Source: Patescibacteria group bacterium | GTDB lineage: Bacteria > Patescibacteriota > Patescibacteriia > CAIXNZ01 | Length of the DNA: 64,000 nt | Reading direction: 5' to 3' | Assembly: GCA_041651155.1 (NCBI GenBank) | Contig: JBAZJU010000007.1 | Span: 15,693-79,692, forward strand | Part shown: piece after piece, positions 1 to 10,079 of the stretch | Layout of the letters: every line of letters begins with the position of its first letter | How positions within the stretch are numbered: position 1 is the stretch's first letter | Position numbers and translations under genes: made by a program | The notes under the pieces: model-generated | What the model was told of the DNA's origin: nothing | The model's database searches: none | Seen by the model: only the letters and a program-made list of their open reading frames with translations

Positions 1-23
1 TTTAAAAATTAATAATAATTTTT

Positions 24-656
24 TTAAATCTCCCAATGGCTGACCAGATAGGCCAAATCAAGATCATCAATTATCCCGTCCTTATTAAAATCGCCGTCCG
101 ACCAATTTTTATTCCAATTAGAAACTAGTTTAGCCAAATCAAGATCATCAGTTATATTATCGCCGGTTATATCAGCAGAACCAATGCGGCTGATAAAAAC
201 CGCTACAGTTCCGCTGCTAGTGCCAGCTGAATTTTTGGCAATTAGAGTAAAAAAATTTAGTCCTATTTCCAAAGAAATTGATGCTTGCCAGGTTGTGGCT
301 GTTGGATAAGATACGGAATCATCTAAACTATTAATAAAAATCGTGGTATCAGCCTCTCGGCCGCCGCTTAAAACTAAGGCTGAATTGCTTGTTGGGCTGG
401 CAAATGCATCAACTGTTGGGATAGGCACTTCAAGCGGCAAATTTAGATTAGTATTAACATTTTCATTGCTATTTGTATTTGTATTGGTATTTGTATTGGT
501 AGGTGGTATATAAACGCCGCCTCCTCCTCCCCCGCCGTAACCAAAGGCAGTTTTAATGCCCCAAAACAGTCCAGTGCCTAAAAATCCAGACAAAACAATA
601 ATTGTGATAAAGAGAATAAAAAAACTAACAAATTGAAAAATTGATTTAGTCCTCAT
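24..656 (-). CDS. Secreted or membrane-anchored protein with C-terminal dockerin-like repeats
   Basis: N-terminal hydrophobic signal/anchor (FVSFFILFITIIVLSGFLG), a poly-Gly and TN-repeat linker, and two C-terminal D-x-N/D-x-DG-x-I-DD-L-D-L-A-x-L repeats (DFNKDGIIDDLDLAYLV, DITGDNITDDLDLAKLV) typical of dockerin type I / EF-hand-like modules. Confidence 0.5.
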   Translation of the reverse strand: MRTKSIFQFVSFFILFITIIVLSGFLGTGLFWGIKTAFGYGGGGGGGVYIPPTNTNTNTNTNSNENVNTNLNLPLEVPIPTVDAFASPTSNSALVLSGGREADTTIFINSLDDSVSYPTATTWQASISLEIGLNFFTLIAKNSAGTSSGTVAVFISRIGSADITGDNITDDLDLAKLVSNWNKNWSDGDFNKDGIIDDLDLAYLVSHWEI

Positions 657-821
657 ATTTTTCCAAATTTTTTATTAATTTAGAGTATTTAAATCTTTGT
701 TTAATTATCTGATTTTTTGAGTTTAAAGTCAATAAAAGTTATCCACTTTTTAAGCTAACCTTAGCTTAATTTTTAATTTATTTATTTTTAATTTATTTTT
801 AATCAACCACGAGAGAAAAGA

Positions 822-2492
822 TTAAAAATCAAGCAATTCATAGAGAACAATTTCACTGGAATCATATATTTTCCTGATTTTATCTGAGTCAAGAAAAAAA
901 TATTTAAAAATATCTTGATTTTTTAAGTCCTGTGCAAAAATAATATATTTGATATTTTTAGCTTTTAGGTCACTAATAACTGTAAGAGCTGGTAAATTAT
1001 CAGGGGTTAAGACCAAATTATTTATTTCTTGATATTCAGTTTGGGTGGATTGGGTTAAAATATTATTAATTTCCATATTTTCACTTTGGATAATTGGCTG
1101 ATCAAAAAAAGCAAAGGCGGGATTAGCAATAATTAAATTGTGATTAAAATTAAAAGACAAATATTGATGCCAGGGCAAAAATAAAACTTTGAATCCTGAT
1201 TTGTCTTGATTCAATATCTGATTTACTTTGTGCCAGCTTTGAGGATACCAGACAGGCTGTAATTGTCGGGCAAAACCGCCTAAAATCGGATAAGTGTATA
1301 AAAGCGGAATTATAAATAAAGCTCCCAAAATTAAATTAAAGCATTTAACTCTTTTTAGCTTTAAAAATTCTGTTATTGCAATTATGCCCAGCCCGCCAAA
1401 ATAAGCATAACTTAATGCCAAAAATCCGCTGAATTTTTGCGTGTCGCGAAAACCGCGCCAGAAATTAATATGTTCAAACAGCCAAAGATTTATAGCTTTA
1501 AACCAAGTTTCAGCTAAGCCGGCTGAAAGAATAAAAGCAACCAGGCCCAAAATCAGGAAAAAAAGAGTTTTGTCTCTGTGTTTATCGTTTTTAATTCCAT
1601 AAATCAAACCCAAGGCGATAATTGATATTAATAACGCGCCAATAATTGACCAAAAAATAAAATTATCTTTAGGCCAGAGCCAGTAATCGGTCCAGGGCTG
1701 GTTTTCCTGCCAAAAACCATAAAGAACTAAAACATTCAAAGCGGTTCCTAAGCGCGGATCATTTGAAGTCTTAAACAATTTAATGTTTTGCTGGCTAAAA
1801 CTATTCAGGACTGATTGTTCTTGATTAATTAAATAAGGGATCAGCCAATAGCTGTTTAAAATTAAAAAGATAAAACCTAAAATTATGCTGAATTTTAAAA
1901 TATCTTTAGCTAATTCTAATTTTTTGGCAATCAGATTTTTGGCTAGTTGATATAATAAATAAATTACTAAAATCAAAATTGCCATGACTAAAAAATGCAG
2001 AGAAAATATGCCAATTAAAAATAACCAGCCTAAAAGCCAAGCTGAATTTTGCCAGCCGGGGCTTTTCGCAAATTTAAATAAATAAAAAATAAATGGTGGT
2101 AAAAGGGCGTAAGCAAAGAGATGCGTCCAATGGCCGGCTATAAATCTTTCATAAACAAAAGGGTTTATGGCGTAAAATAAACCGGCCCAGTAATTAACGT
2201 AATATTTTTTTGGTACTGGCAAAAATTTAGTTGCCAAATAAAATAAGCAAAAGAATAACGCGATAAGCATTATTTTTTGTATAATCCAGCCATCCAAAAA
2301 TAGATTTAAGAATTTGAGTGCATATTTGAGCAGTAAACTATTATAAAAAGAACCATCGCTGAATAATGTGTTTAGTTTGGGAGTAAAAACCATATCTAGA
2401 GTAAGAATATAGCCCGGTAAAAGCATCTGCCATAAAATTAAAATAACAAAAATTATAGAAAGATAGATTACGCCAGGTATTTTTTTTACCAT
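822..2492 (-). CDS. Polytopic integral membrane protein, GT-C-like (possible membrane glycosyltransferase/polymerase)
   Basis: 556 aa, more than 10 predicted TM helices throughout, aromatic-rich loops; lies inside the glycan cluster. No specific family motif recognised. Confidence 0.35.
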   Translation of the reverse strand: MVKKIPGVIYLSIIFVILILWQMLLPGYILTLDMVFTPKLNTLFSDGSFYNSLLLKYALKFLNLFLDGWIIQKIMLIALFFCLFYLATKFLPVPKKYYVNYWAGLFYAINPFVYERFIAGHWTHLFAYALLPPFIFYLFKFAKSPGWQNSAWLLGWLFLIGIFSLHFLVMAILILVIYLLYQLAKNLIAKKLELAKDILKFSIILGFIFLILNSYWLIPYLINQEQSVLNSFSQQNIKLFKTSNDPRLGTALNVLVLYGFWQENQPWTDYWLWPKDNFIFWSIIGALLISIIALGLIYGIKNDKHRDKTLFFLILGLVAFILSAGLAETWFKAINLWLFEHINFWRGFRDTQKFSGFLALSYAYFGGLGIIAITEFLKLKRVKCFNLILGALFIIPLLYTYPILGGFARQLQPVWYPQSWHKVNQILNQDKSGFKVLFLPWHQYLSFNFNHNLIIANPAFAFFDQPIIQSENMEINNILTQSTQTEYQEINNLVLTPDNLPALTVISDLKAKNIKYIIFAQDLKNQDIFKYFFLDSDKIRKIYDSSEIVLYELLDF

Positions 2493-2968
2493 AAGTTTCT
2501 GTTTTTTAGGTATTCACCAAATTTGTAATCAATTATCTGTAAAATAACAGTCATGACTAAGAAAAAAAATGCGTAAACAGCCATTTGCTCTGCCAGCGCC
2601 TCCTTTTTTAATATTAATAAAATCGGGCTGACTGCCAGGGAAAGCAAAGCCAAAACCGCGATAATCCTATTTTCCCAGCCATAAACGAGGAAAACTAGAA
2701 ATAGTAGCCACAAAATCGCATTTGATAACCCCCAAAGAAAAAATGCCACGATAGTAAACGCAACAACAATTAAACCCTGCCATTTTTTATATTTAATATC
2801 AGCTAAAATTTTTCTAAATATGTTTAATAAAAAAACCGAGGCAACTGTCCGATATTGTAAAATCACTTTTTTAAAAAAAACTAAAATTTTTAAATTAACT
2901 TTTTTGGTAAAAGTCAGGATTTCTCTAACGCTGGGGATTTTAAATTCAATTTTTATTTCTTTAGGCAT
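2486..2968 (-). CDS. Small multi-pass membrane protein (GtrA-like?)
   Basis: 160 aa, about 40 aa cytoplasmic N-terminus then 3-4 TM helices; 4-bp overlap with the upstream and downstream genes suggests translational coupling in the glycan operon. Confidence 0.3.
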   Translation of the reverse strand: MPKEIKIEFKIPSVREILTFTKKVNLKILVFFKKVILQYRTVASVFLLNIFRKILADIKYKKWQGLIVVAFTIVAFFLWGLSNAILWLLFLVFLVYGWENRIIAVLALLSLAVSPILLILKKEALAEQMAVYAFFFLVMTVILQIIDYKFGEYLKNRNLW

Positions 2969-2971
2969 AGT

Positions 2972-5900
2972 TTACGCAGTTTTTATTTTTTTATTTTTTC
3001 TTTTTAATCTTAGACTCTTTATCTTCACATAAGCCAAATATCCCAAACAACCGGCTAAAGTTGTACCGCTAATAAGTAAGCCGAAATAAAACCATTGTTT
3101 GGGCTGGAATTCAATCATTAGTTCAAAATTATAGGTGTTGTCAGCATTCTTGACGCATTGATTTGGTTTTTGGCAGATTTTTTCAATCTCTAGCCACCAA
3201 GAATTAGCGTAGCCGTTGGCTAGAAAATGGTCTTTTTCGGCTAAGATATTGTTCTCAAACCATTCTTTAAGTTTATTTGCTTGCATCCCGCGAGGCGATG
3301 CTTTCCAGCCAGGATTGAATTTTTCAGAAAACACAAGCAGAAAATCATCAGCAGCGCCCGATATCTTCACTTGATATTTGGTGCCGGAAATTCTCTCGAA
3401 ATTATATTGCGGTAAATGTTTGATTTTGTTAGATGAGGCGATTTCATAGGTGTTTAAAAATAATTTATCGTCCAGATTGTTTTTGACAACTACTGTTCCC
3501 TTGGAACCGGCTGGAATTAAAAAACCATTGTTAACTTCTTTGGATGAATAAACATTGTTATCGCAACTGGCAAAAATTATGGGCTGATCATCCCGTTTTT
3601 CGCTAAGCAAATTCTTTAAATTTATAACCTCGCTGCTTTTATTATTAATCTCCAGATATGTGTAGCTTGCATTTTCAAGATTGCATTGCCCAAGTTTATG
3701 CGGCAGTAAAGTTTCTTGATCGTCAAGATAATTATAGGCGAAAATTTCCTGGCTATTGTTTTGAGCGCTGAATTTATTGCTTTGGCAAATAAAGTTGTCA
3801 GTAACAATATTGACCAGGGGTTCCAGATCTTTAGCGTCAGTTAAATAGGCAATTAATTTTTCATCAGCCGGAATGGTTATGGGGTAAGATATTTCTTTAT
3901 CAAGCCCAAGATAGCCGTCAGGTAGAAAGCTGCCAAAAACAGCAACCGGCTTAACTTCCTGGCCATTGCTTGTGAAGCCTTTTATAATTGTTTCCTTAGA
4001 GCCGTTTTGCAAATAAACCAAAAGACCGTTAAAGACATTGAATTGCGTGCTGGAATATTTTTTCAGTAATTTTTCATACGGGCATGACGCGTCTTTTTTC
4101 CCAAGCCGCAAAAATTCATCCCCCTGCTGGCAATTAATCACATAAGCCCATTGGTTTATATTGTTTTTTATTAAAAAGGTATCGGGCTTTAAATCCTGCC
4201 AAGACAGATTAGTATCATAGCTTAGTTCTATTTGCGCATTGCTATCGATCAGACTATCTATTTGAAAAATAACTTTTTGTTGCGCGGGTATTTTGATAAT
4301 TTGCGGCATTGGTTTTGTTTCCATGCCGTACCAGCCCGTGTCCCAAAATACGTGTACCGGCCTGATTAGTTTCCTTTCCTGGCTATTACTGAGGATAAAG
4401 CCGTTTATGGCCAGCTCAGTATTGCCTGTTTTCAGATAGATTAAGCTGGAATCTTTGGCGTTCCACGCCTCTCGGCTGAAAGAGGGAAAAGTATAGGGCG
4501 CTGATTGCGGATTGTTAAATGAGAGAATAGAATCTTTGTTTTGGCCATCTAGACGAATGATATTTTTCCATCCCGGATAGCTTTTAGCAATATATTTCCG
4601 TGAATTTAGGCTTTGCCACTTAAACTCTTTTTGGCTAAAAACTTGCTTATAGATTTCAATTTGCTTAGACAGAGTTTCATTGGGGCTAATGGTTTTAATT
4701 TCAATTTCCCGACTGTTTATTATTGTATTTTGTTCTAACTTGGCAGAGGCGGAGTTTTTAGGATTTTCATCCATAAAGATAACGGCGCTTTGATTATCGA
4801 AATTTTTGTTACTTAAGATAAATGGTAGGTTTTGGTAGTCGCCATCAGCCAGAAATATTTTTTCCGGCACATAAAAGCGCGGCAAATACTGTTCTCTTTG
4901 GAAAACTTGGAAAATATTATCCTCGTAAATCTTTTTGTTCTCAGGGAAAGAAACAAGTGATTCGTCAAAGCTATAGAATTTACCATTATTGTCATAATCA
5001 CTGCGAAAAATTACCTGTCCGATATTAAGCAGATCGAGCATTTTAGTCAGGGTGGTCTTATCGATTTTGGCAAAAAGATAAATAAGGGGAACCAATCTTT
5101 GATCCGAGATGCTGATTATTTCATCCGCTGCGATCTCTTTTATATAATCAGATCCGGCGTAACCCGATTTCCAATTATTATAATAATTATAGAAACTGGC
5201 AGTGGGGAAAACTAAGCTGCGGCCAATTAGGTCTTGCTGATGTAAAAAATTTCTAAGCATTTTATATTCAGCAGGGACTTGGGCATAGTATTCTTGCAAA
5301 TATTTCCCACCTTTGTAAATGACATCGCCGGTTATAAAAGGGTAGCTGACTATAAAGATTGGAATTAAAAATAGCAGGATGAAACTCTTAATTTTTCGCC
5401 GTAAAAACTGCAAACCAAATGCCAATAGTACGGCGAAGGCTAGGGTGTAAATAAACCCATATTTCGTACCGCCGGCACGAAAGGCTCTTTCCAGAAACGG
5501 AAATTTATCATAAATGAAGAATAGAGCATCTTTTAGCGGCGAGGAGCTGAAGACATTGAGGGTGAAAAAAATCAGGAAGGTGATGAGCCAGAACGTCTTG
5601 TCCTTAAAATTATTTTTTTCTTTATAAAATAATGAGAAAAGCAGGGCGATCGCAGTAATAAAAGAAAGAAGAATAAAACCGGTTTTTCGATAATTTTCAT
5701 GCCAGGGATAATAATAATCTTTATTTGTTTCCGCGTGAAAGCTCCATAGACCGAAATTACGCCAATTTTCAAGATTGGAAAAACTATTTAGCGCAATATT
5801 TTCTTTATCATCAATGGTATTTAGGCCAGACACATTATCGGCGCTAACATATTGGTTGTTCAAATCAAGAACAAATGGCAGCAGCCAAAAGCTGTTAAGC

Positions 5901-6604
5901 AGCAGGAAAAAAATAAAAAACCAAACTGTTTTTTTGAAAATATTCAATAAACCCTGGCGATTTACGATTAAGTTAGTAAGCACGTAGATAAAAGCAAGGG
6001 CAGCGATTAACAATAAAAATGCCGGGTTGCCGAAAGTTGTCGCGAGTGGCGTGATAAATATTAAGATTAAGGTTATGGCTAGGTTTCTTTTGCCCTCCAC
6101 ATAGTCAAGGAAAAGGAGCGTAAAAAGAGGGAGAAAGGCATAGAAGGGGAAGTAAAACCCTATTGACAGATACCAGACGGTTATGAGGGCGAAGGGGGAA
6201 AACATGTAGAAAATTGCGGCAACAAAGCAGACCAGATTATCTAATTTATAGCGCCTAAGTAGCAGATAGGCGGACAGGCCGGAAAAAACAAAGCAAATAT
6301 AAAAGAAAAATATTTCATAAATCAGGGAGCTGTTAAAAATTGCAAAAAAAGGAATCCCTGCGATAACAAAGGGGAAAAGATAGGCGTATTGCCGCAGATT
6401 GTGGCTGCCGAACAACTCGGCTGTCCGCCAGCCGGCGATCGTGTCTTTGAAATAATCCAAAAAATTTAGCGGCCAATAGAAGCTGCCTCCGGAGATAAAA
6501 CTCTCATTTTTGAACCAATGAAAAACCAATAATCCCAGAATAAAAAAGAGGCCGATAAAAATTTTGTTTTGTTCCTTAATGACAAACTCCCAAATTTTTT
6601 TCAT
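2972..6604 (-). CDS. Large GT-C-like membrane glycosyltransferase with big extracytoplasmic domain and C-terminal TM anchor
   Basis: 1210 aa. The first ~430 aa hold about 12 TM helices, followed by ~700 aa of soluble domain and a final TM (FYFGLLISGTTLAGCLGYLAYV) plus a basic tail. This architecture resembles AftD/DUF3367/YfhO-type or oligosaccharyltransferase-like enzymes. Confidence 0.4.
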   Translation of the reverse strand: MKKIWEFVIKEQNKIFIGLFFILGLLVFHWFKNESFISGGSFYWPLNFLDYFKDTIAGWRTAELFGSHNLRQYAYLFPFVIAGIPFFAIFNSSLIYEIFFFYICFVFSGLSAYLLLRRYKLDNLVCFVAAIFYMFSPFALITVWYLSIGFYFPFYAFLPLFTLLFLDYVEGKRNLAITLILIFITPLATTFGNPAFLLLIAALAFIYVLTNLIVNRQGLLNIFKKTVWFFIFFLLLNSFWLLPFVLDLNNQYVSADNVSGLNTIDDKENIALNSFSNLENWRNFGLWSFHAETNKDYYYPWHENYRKTGFILLSFITAIALLFSLFYKEKNNFKDKTFWLITFLIFFTLNVFSSSPLKDALFFIYDKFPFLERAFRAGGTKYGFIYTLAFAVLLAFGLQFLRRKIKSFILLFLIPIFIVSYPFITGDVIYKGGKYLQEYYAQVPAEYKMLRNFLHQQDLIGRSLVFPTASFYNYYNNWKSGYAGSDYIKEIAADEIISISDQRLVPLIYLFAKIDKTTLTKMLDLLNIGQVIFRSDYDNNGKFYSFDESLVSFPENKKIYEDNIFQVFQREQYLPRFYVPEKIFLADGDYQNLPFILSNKNFDNQSAVIFMDENPKNSASAKLEQNTIINSREIEIKTISPNETLSKQIEIYKQVFSQKEFKWQSLNSRKYIAKSYPGWKNIIRLDGQNKDSILSFNNPQSAPYTFPSFSREAWNAKDSSLIYLKTGNTELAINGFILSNSQERKLIRPVHVFWDTGWYGMETKPMPQIIKIPAQQKVIFQIDSLIDSNAQIELSYDTNLSWQDLKPDTFLIKNNINQWAYVINCQQGDEFLRLGKKDASCPYEKLLKKYSSTQFNVFNGLLVYLQNGSKETIIKGFTSNGQEVKPVAVFGSFLPDGYLGLDKEISYPITIPADEKLIAYLTDAKDLEPLVNIVTDNFICQSNKFSAQNNSQEIFAYNYLDDQETLLPHKLGQCNLENASYTYLEINNKSSEVINLKNLLSEKRDDQPIIFASCDNNVYSSKEVNNGFLIPAGSKGTVVVKNNLDDKLFLNTYEIASSNKIKHLPQYNFERISGTKYQVKISGAADDFLLVFSEKFNPGWKASPRGMQANKLKEWFENNILAEKDHFLANGYANSWWLEIEKICQKPNQCVKNADNTYNFELMIEFQPKQWFYFGLLISGTTLAGCLGYLAYVKIKSLRLKRKNKKIKTA

Positions 6605-7311
6605 AAATTTTTTTTATAGATACATTCGTAATTCAGGGTCATTGTTTTATTCCTATCCAAAAAATCCAGCAGATAGCAAGCGGAATTAAAAACCAAGATA
6701 AACGGAGTAAAGAGCGCGATATATATATGATATGGCAGGCCCTTTTTAAAAAATAGTTTTATGCCCAGAGTATCAAAGATTAAGGCAATCACCTGAAATA
6801 TCCCGCCGTGCGGCGCGAGATGTTCCAGGGTAAATCCGCTTGATTCTCCCAAAAATTTTAGGCCGTATTTGGTAAAGCGAAAATAATCATAAGGAATCAT
6901 GTGTTCTTCAAAACAGAGATGCGTTGTTAAAAAAAGTTTACCTCCGGGCTTTAATATTCTATAAAATTCAGAGAATGCTACGTGCGGTTTTTTGATATGT
7001 TCTAATACTTGTGTGCACAAAATGTAGTCAAAGGAGCCAGTGGCAATCATTTTTAATCCGTCGTTAATATCCCCGACATAATCAATGCTTCCCTCAGTGT
7101 TTTGCGTAATATCCTGCGCAAAATACTGCAAATTTTTAAAATACGGCTTATAGGGTGTTTCCTCCGCGCCGATGTCTAGCAACTTTTTGCCTGCGACATC
7201 GCATTCAGCAACAACTTTTTTTACAAATTTTAAAATGCGATAGCGATGGTATCGGATTATTTTCATGGGGAAAATAAAGAAATATATTTTATATAATCGT
7301 TCAAGACGCAT
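6601..7311 (-). CDS. Class I SAM-dependent methyltransferase
   Basis: Motif I LLDIGAEETPY and post-I LKPGGKLFLTT; about 236 aa. Confidence 0.6.
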   Translation of the reverse strand: MRLERLYKIYFFIFPMKIIRYHRYRILKFVKKVVAECDVAGKKLLDIGAEETPYKPYFKNLQYFAQDITQNTEGSIDYVGDINDGLKMIATGSFDYILCTQVLEHIKKPHVAFSEFYRILKPGGKLFLTTHLCFEEHMIPYDYFRFTKYGLKFLGESSGFTLEHLAPHGGIFQVIALIFDTLGIKLFFKKGLPYHIYIALFTPFILVFNSACYLLDFLDRNKTMTLNYECIYKKNL

Positions 7312-9154
7312 GATATTTATTTAAAAAATAATTAAAATTAAAAATACGCAAAAGCAGGAACTGATTATCCCGCTGTCCGCTCAAATGTTCGCGAAATATT
7401 TTTTCGACATACGCTCGGTTGAAAAAAGGAGAAGGCTTTAAAAGATACTCTTTGAAAAGAGGCTCTAATTCTGTTTTGATCCATTTGTCGAGAGGGACGC
7501 CAAAGCCGCCTTTGGGCCGATAAATTATTTGCGGATCAATATATTGAGCCGCGATTTTTTTTAAAACATATTTTGTTACGCCATTTCGCACCTTCCATCT
7601 GCCGCTTAAGCTGAACAGGAATTCTGCCAGATCTTTGTCCAGAAATGGGTTTCTCATCTCGAGCGAATTACACATTGTGGCACGGTCGCCTTTGACCAAA
7701 TACCAGTCAGGCAGCAGAATTTTGCAATCCAGGTAAAGACTTTTGTTAATGGTATCGTTTTGCTTAAATTCTTGGGAGAGATTAATTGCTTCTGAAAAAA
7801 TTTGGTTTAAATCTAAAGATTTTAAAATTAGCAAGTTTTTTATTTCATTCGGTAAAAAGCCTCCGCTGCCCCAAATGAATTGCCTGATGGGAAAATCCAG
7901 GCCGAAAACCTTTAAGAATCTTGAATAATTATTACCCTGAGGAATAATTGCTCCAAGCAGGCCGGCGAGAAATCCAAAATATTTGTAATCTTCTGCAAAT
8001 TTCTGCGCTTTGTATTTTTCATACCCTCCAAAAACTTCATCGCCGCCATCGCCGCTTAAAGCTACTGAAATATTTTTTTTAGCGAATTTGGCAATGAAGT
8101 GCAGCGGAATAATTGCCGCGTCAGCCATGGGTTCGTCAAGGTAATCAATAATTTCAAGAAAATTCGACTCAACAAGGCTGTCTTCAAATTGGCAAAGATG
8201 ATAATTAATGCCCAGTGATTTTGCCGCCTTTTCAGCATAAAAAGATTCATCCGCGAATGGAGAGTCTTTGTAGCAAACCGTGAATGAATTTACATTTGAA
8301 GAGTTTTGAGACAAGTAATAAGATATAATACTGCTATCAACCCCGCCGCTTAAGAAAACTCCGAGAGGAACATCGGACATGAGCCGTTTGCTGACAGCAT
8401 CTTTAAGCAACTTTTCCGTTTTTTCTAAAATTTCTTTTTCACTAATATTATTATTTAGCTTGATATCTTCAAGGCGCCAGAATCGATATCTCTTAATAAT
8501 TTCCCACTTTTTGACATCAAACTGAAAAGTCGAGGACGGCTCCAGTTTTTTTATCTGTTCAAAAATTGTGTTAGGGGAAGGGATGTAGCCATAAAATAAA
8601 TATTTAATTAAAGAAGCTTGATCGATTAACAGCCTCTTTTTGATTTCAGGATTCATAATCAGCGCTTTTAGCTCAGAAGCAAAGCAAAAAGTATCTTGAT
8701 CGTGATAATAATAGAGCGGTTTTTTGCCAAAGTGATCGCGAGCCAATGTCAGAATTTCTTTTTCTTTATCATAAATACCAAATGCAAACATGCCTTCTAT
8801 TTTTTCAACAATTTTTTGTCCAAACTCTTCATAGCCATGAATTAAGACTTCCGTGTCTGTGCGGCTTTGCCATAAATGCTTTTGTTTTAAGTTGCGCTTT
8901 AAGTCCTGATAGTTGTAGATTTCGCCATTAAAGACAATGGCAATTTTTTTGTCTTCATTAAACATGGGTTGCCGGCCAGCTTCAGATAAATCTATTATTG
9001 ACAGTCTTTTGTGGCCTAAAATTATCTTTTCATCCGTATATATGCCTTCTTGATCGGGTCCTCTTTTTTTAAGCATATTCAACATGCCCTGAAAAATTTC
9101 AAGATCTCCGCTATTAATTCCATTTTTTTTAAGCAGACCCAAAATACCACACAT
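7301..9154 (-). CDS. asnB: Asparagine synthetase (glutamine-hydrolysing) paralog, likely sugar/uronate amidotransferase
   Basis: MCGILG N-terminal Cys nucleophile of class II glutamine amidotransferases; SGGVDSS PP-loop ATP pyrophosphatase motif; 617 aa. Placement inside the glycan cluster resembles WbpS-type amidotransferases. Confidence 0.85.
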   Translation of the reverse strand: MCGILGLLKKNGINSGDLEIFQGMLNMLKKRGPDQEGIYTDEKIILGHKRLSIIDLSEAGRQPMFNEDKKIAIVFNGEIYNYQDLKRNLKQKHLWQSRTDTEVLIHGYEEFGQKIVEKIEGMFAFGIYDKEKEILTLARDHFGKKPLYYYHDQDTFCFASELKALIMNPEIKKRLLIDQASLIKYLFYGYIPSPNTIFEQIKKLEPSSTFQFDVKKWEIIKRYRFWRLEDIKLNNNISEKEILEKTEKLLKDAVSKRLMSDVPLGVFLSGGVDSSIISYYLSQNSSNVNSFTVCYKDSPFADESFYAEKAAKSLGINYHLCQFEDSLVESNFLEIIDYLDEPMADAAIIPLHFIAKFAKKNISVALSGDGGDEVFGGYEKYKAQKFAEDYKYFGFLAGLLGAIIPQGNNYSRFLKVFGLDFPIRQFIWGSGGFLPNEIKNLLILKSLDLNQIFSEAINLSQEFKQNDTINKSLYLDCKILLPDWYLVKGDRATMCNSLEMRNPFLDKDLAEFLFSLSGRWKVRNGVTKYVLKKIAAQYIDPQIIYRPKGGFGVPLDKWIKTELEPLFKEYLLKPSPFFNRAYVEKIFREHLSGQRDNQFLLLRIFNFNYFLNKYHAS

Positions 9155-9158
9155 ATAT

Positions 9159-10073
9159 TTATTTTAGATAAGAAAATCTTAATTTTTTAGTAAATAGATA
9201 AATAATTCCGTCAATAAATCCCACCCAATACGAACGCATTAAATCAAACCTCCTGTATTTTAAAATTAATAAAGTATACAGCAAGGGCCATAACCATGAA
9301 AAAAATAAAAAATATATTATTTTGTGATAAAATCGTCCATAACGTGAAACAATTACTGTTCTGTTGCGTATTAAGCAGTAGGATTTTTGACTAAATGTGC
9401 CACCCAGCATTCTGGGCGTGAATTGTCCATTGGGCAATACATCGTGATAGGTTAGCGCTTTCGTAACAATGCCGCATTTGAACCCGGATTTTTTGGCATT
9501 AAAAGCAAAATCCGGCTCGGTGTAGGTTTGAATCAATCTTTCATCAAAATAACCGCACTTGTCAAAAATTGCTTTTTTGATTAAAAACACATTGGGGACG
9601 CCATCGCTGTCACAGATTTCTCTTTTTTTGGCATCAATCTTTCCCGCAGTTTTTCCGGTAAAAAAACTTATTTTTTGAAAATCGAGATACTTTTTGCAAT
9701 TCTCGAGAAAATACATGGACGGTCCCAAGATTCCGTACTCAGTATGCTTGTCAGCCGCGTAAACCAGGCGCGCAATCATTTCCGGGTCGATAATATTGTC
9801 ATCATCGATAAATAGGACATATTTACCTGTCGCAAGCCTGGCGCCAATGTTTCTGGACGAAATCATCATTCGCTGCTTTGAATTGTGGACAAACTTGCAA
9901 TTTTTGATGTTCATATCGGTCGAGCAAAGAGTTTGAGTGCCGTCAGAAGAGTTGTCGTCAACGATAATTATCTCCCACTCAAAATTCAGATCCTTTGATT
10001 TTTGGATTGACTTAGCGCACTTCAGTAAATTGTCCTCTCTGTTCCTGGTTGTAATAACTATTGAAAGTTTCAT
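9159..10073 (-). CDS. Glycosyltransferase family 2
   Basis: LSIVITTRNRE...IIVDDNSSDGT and a DDDN (DXD-like) motif, with a C-terminal TM segment. Confidence 0.7.
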   Translation of the reverse strand: MKLSIVITTRNREDNLLKCAKSIQKSKDLNFEWEIIIVDDNSSDGTQTLCSTDMNIKNCKFVHNSKQRMMISSRNIGARLATGKYVLFIDDDNIIDPEMIARLVYAADKHTEYGILGPSMYFLENCKKYLDFQKISFFTGKTAGKIDAKKREICDSDGVPNVFLIKKAIFDKCGYFDERLIQTYTEPDFAFNAKKSGFKCGIVTKALTYHDVLPNGQFTPRMLGGTFSQKSYCLIRNRTVIVSRYGRFYHKIIYFLFFSWLWPLLYTLLILKYRRFDLMRSYWVGFIDGIIYLFTKKLRFSYLK

Positions 10074-10079
10074 GGTAGA

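Noticed and set aside
2972-6604. Possible STT3/PglB oligosaccharyltransferase signature (WDTGWYG resembling WWDYG)
   Set aside because: The motif lies about 290 aa after the last N-terminal TM helix instead of directly after it, and only partially matches, so it is not sufficient to call an OST. The gene is kept as a generic GT-C-like enzyme.
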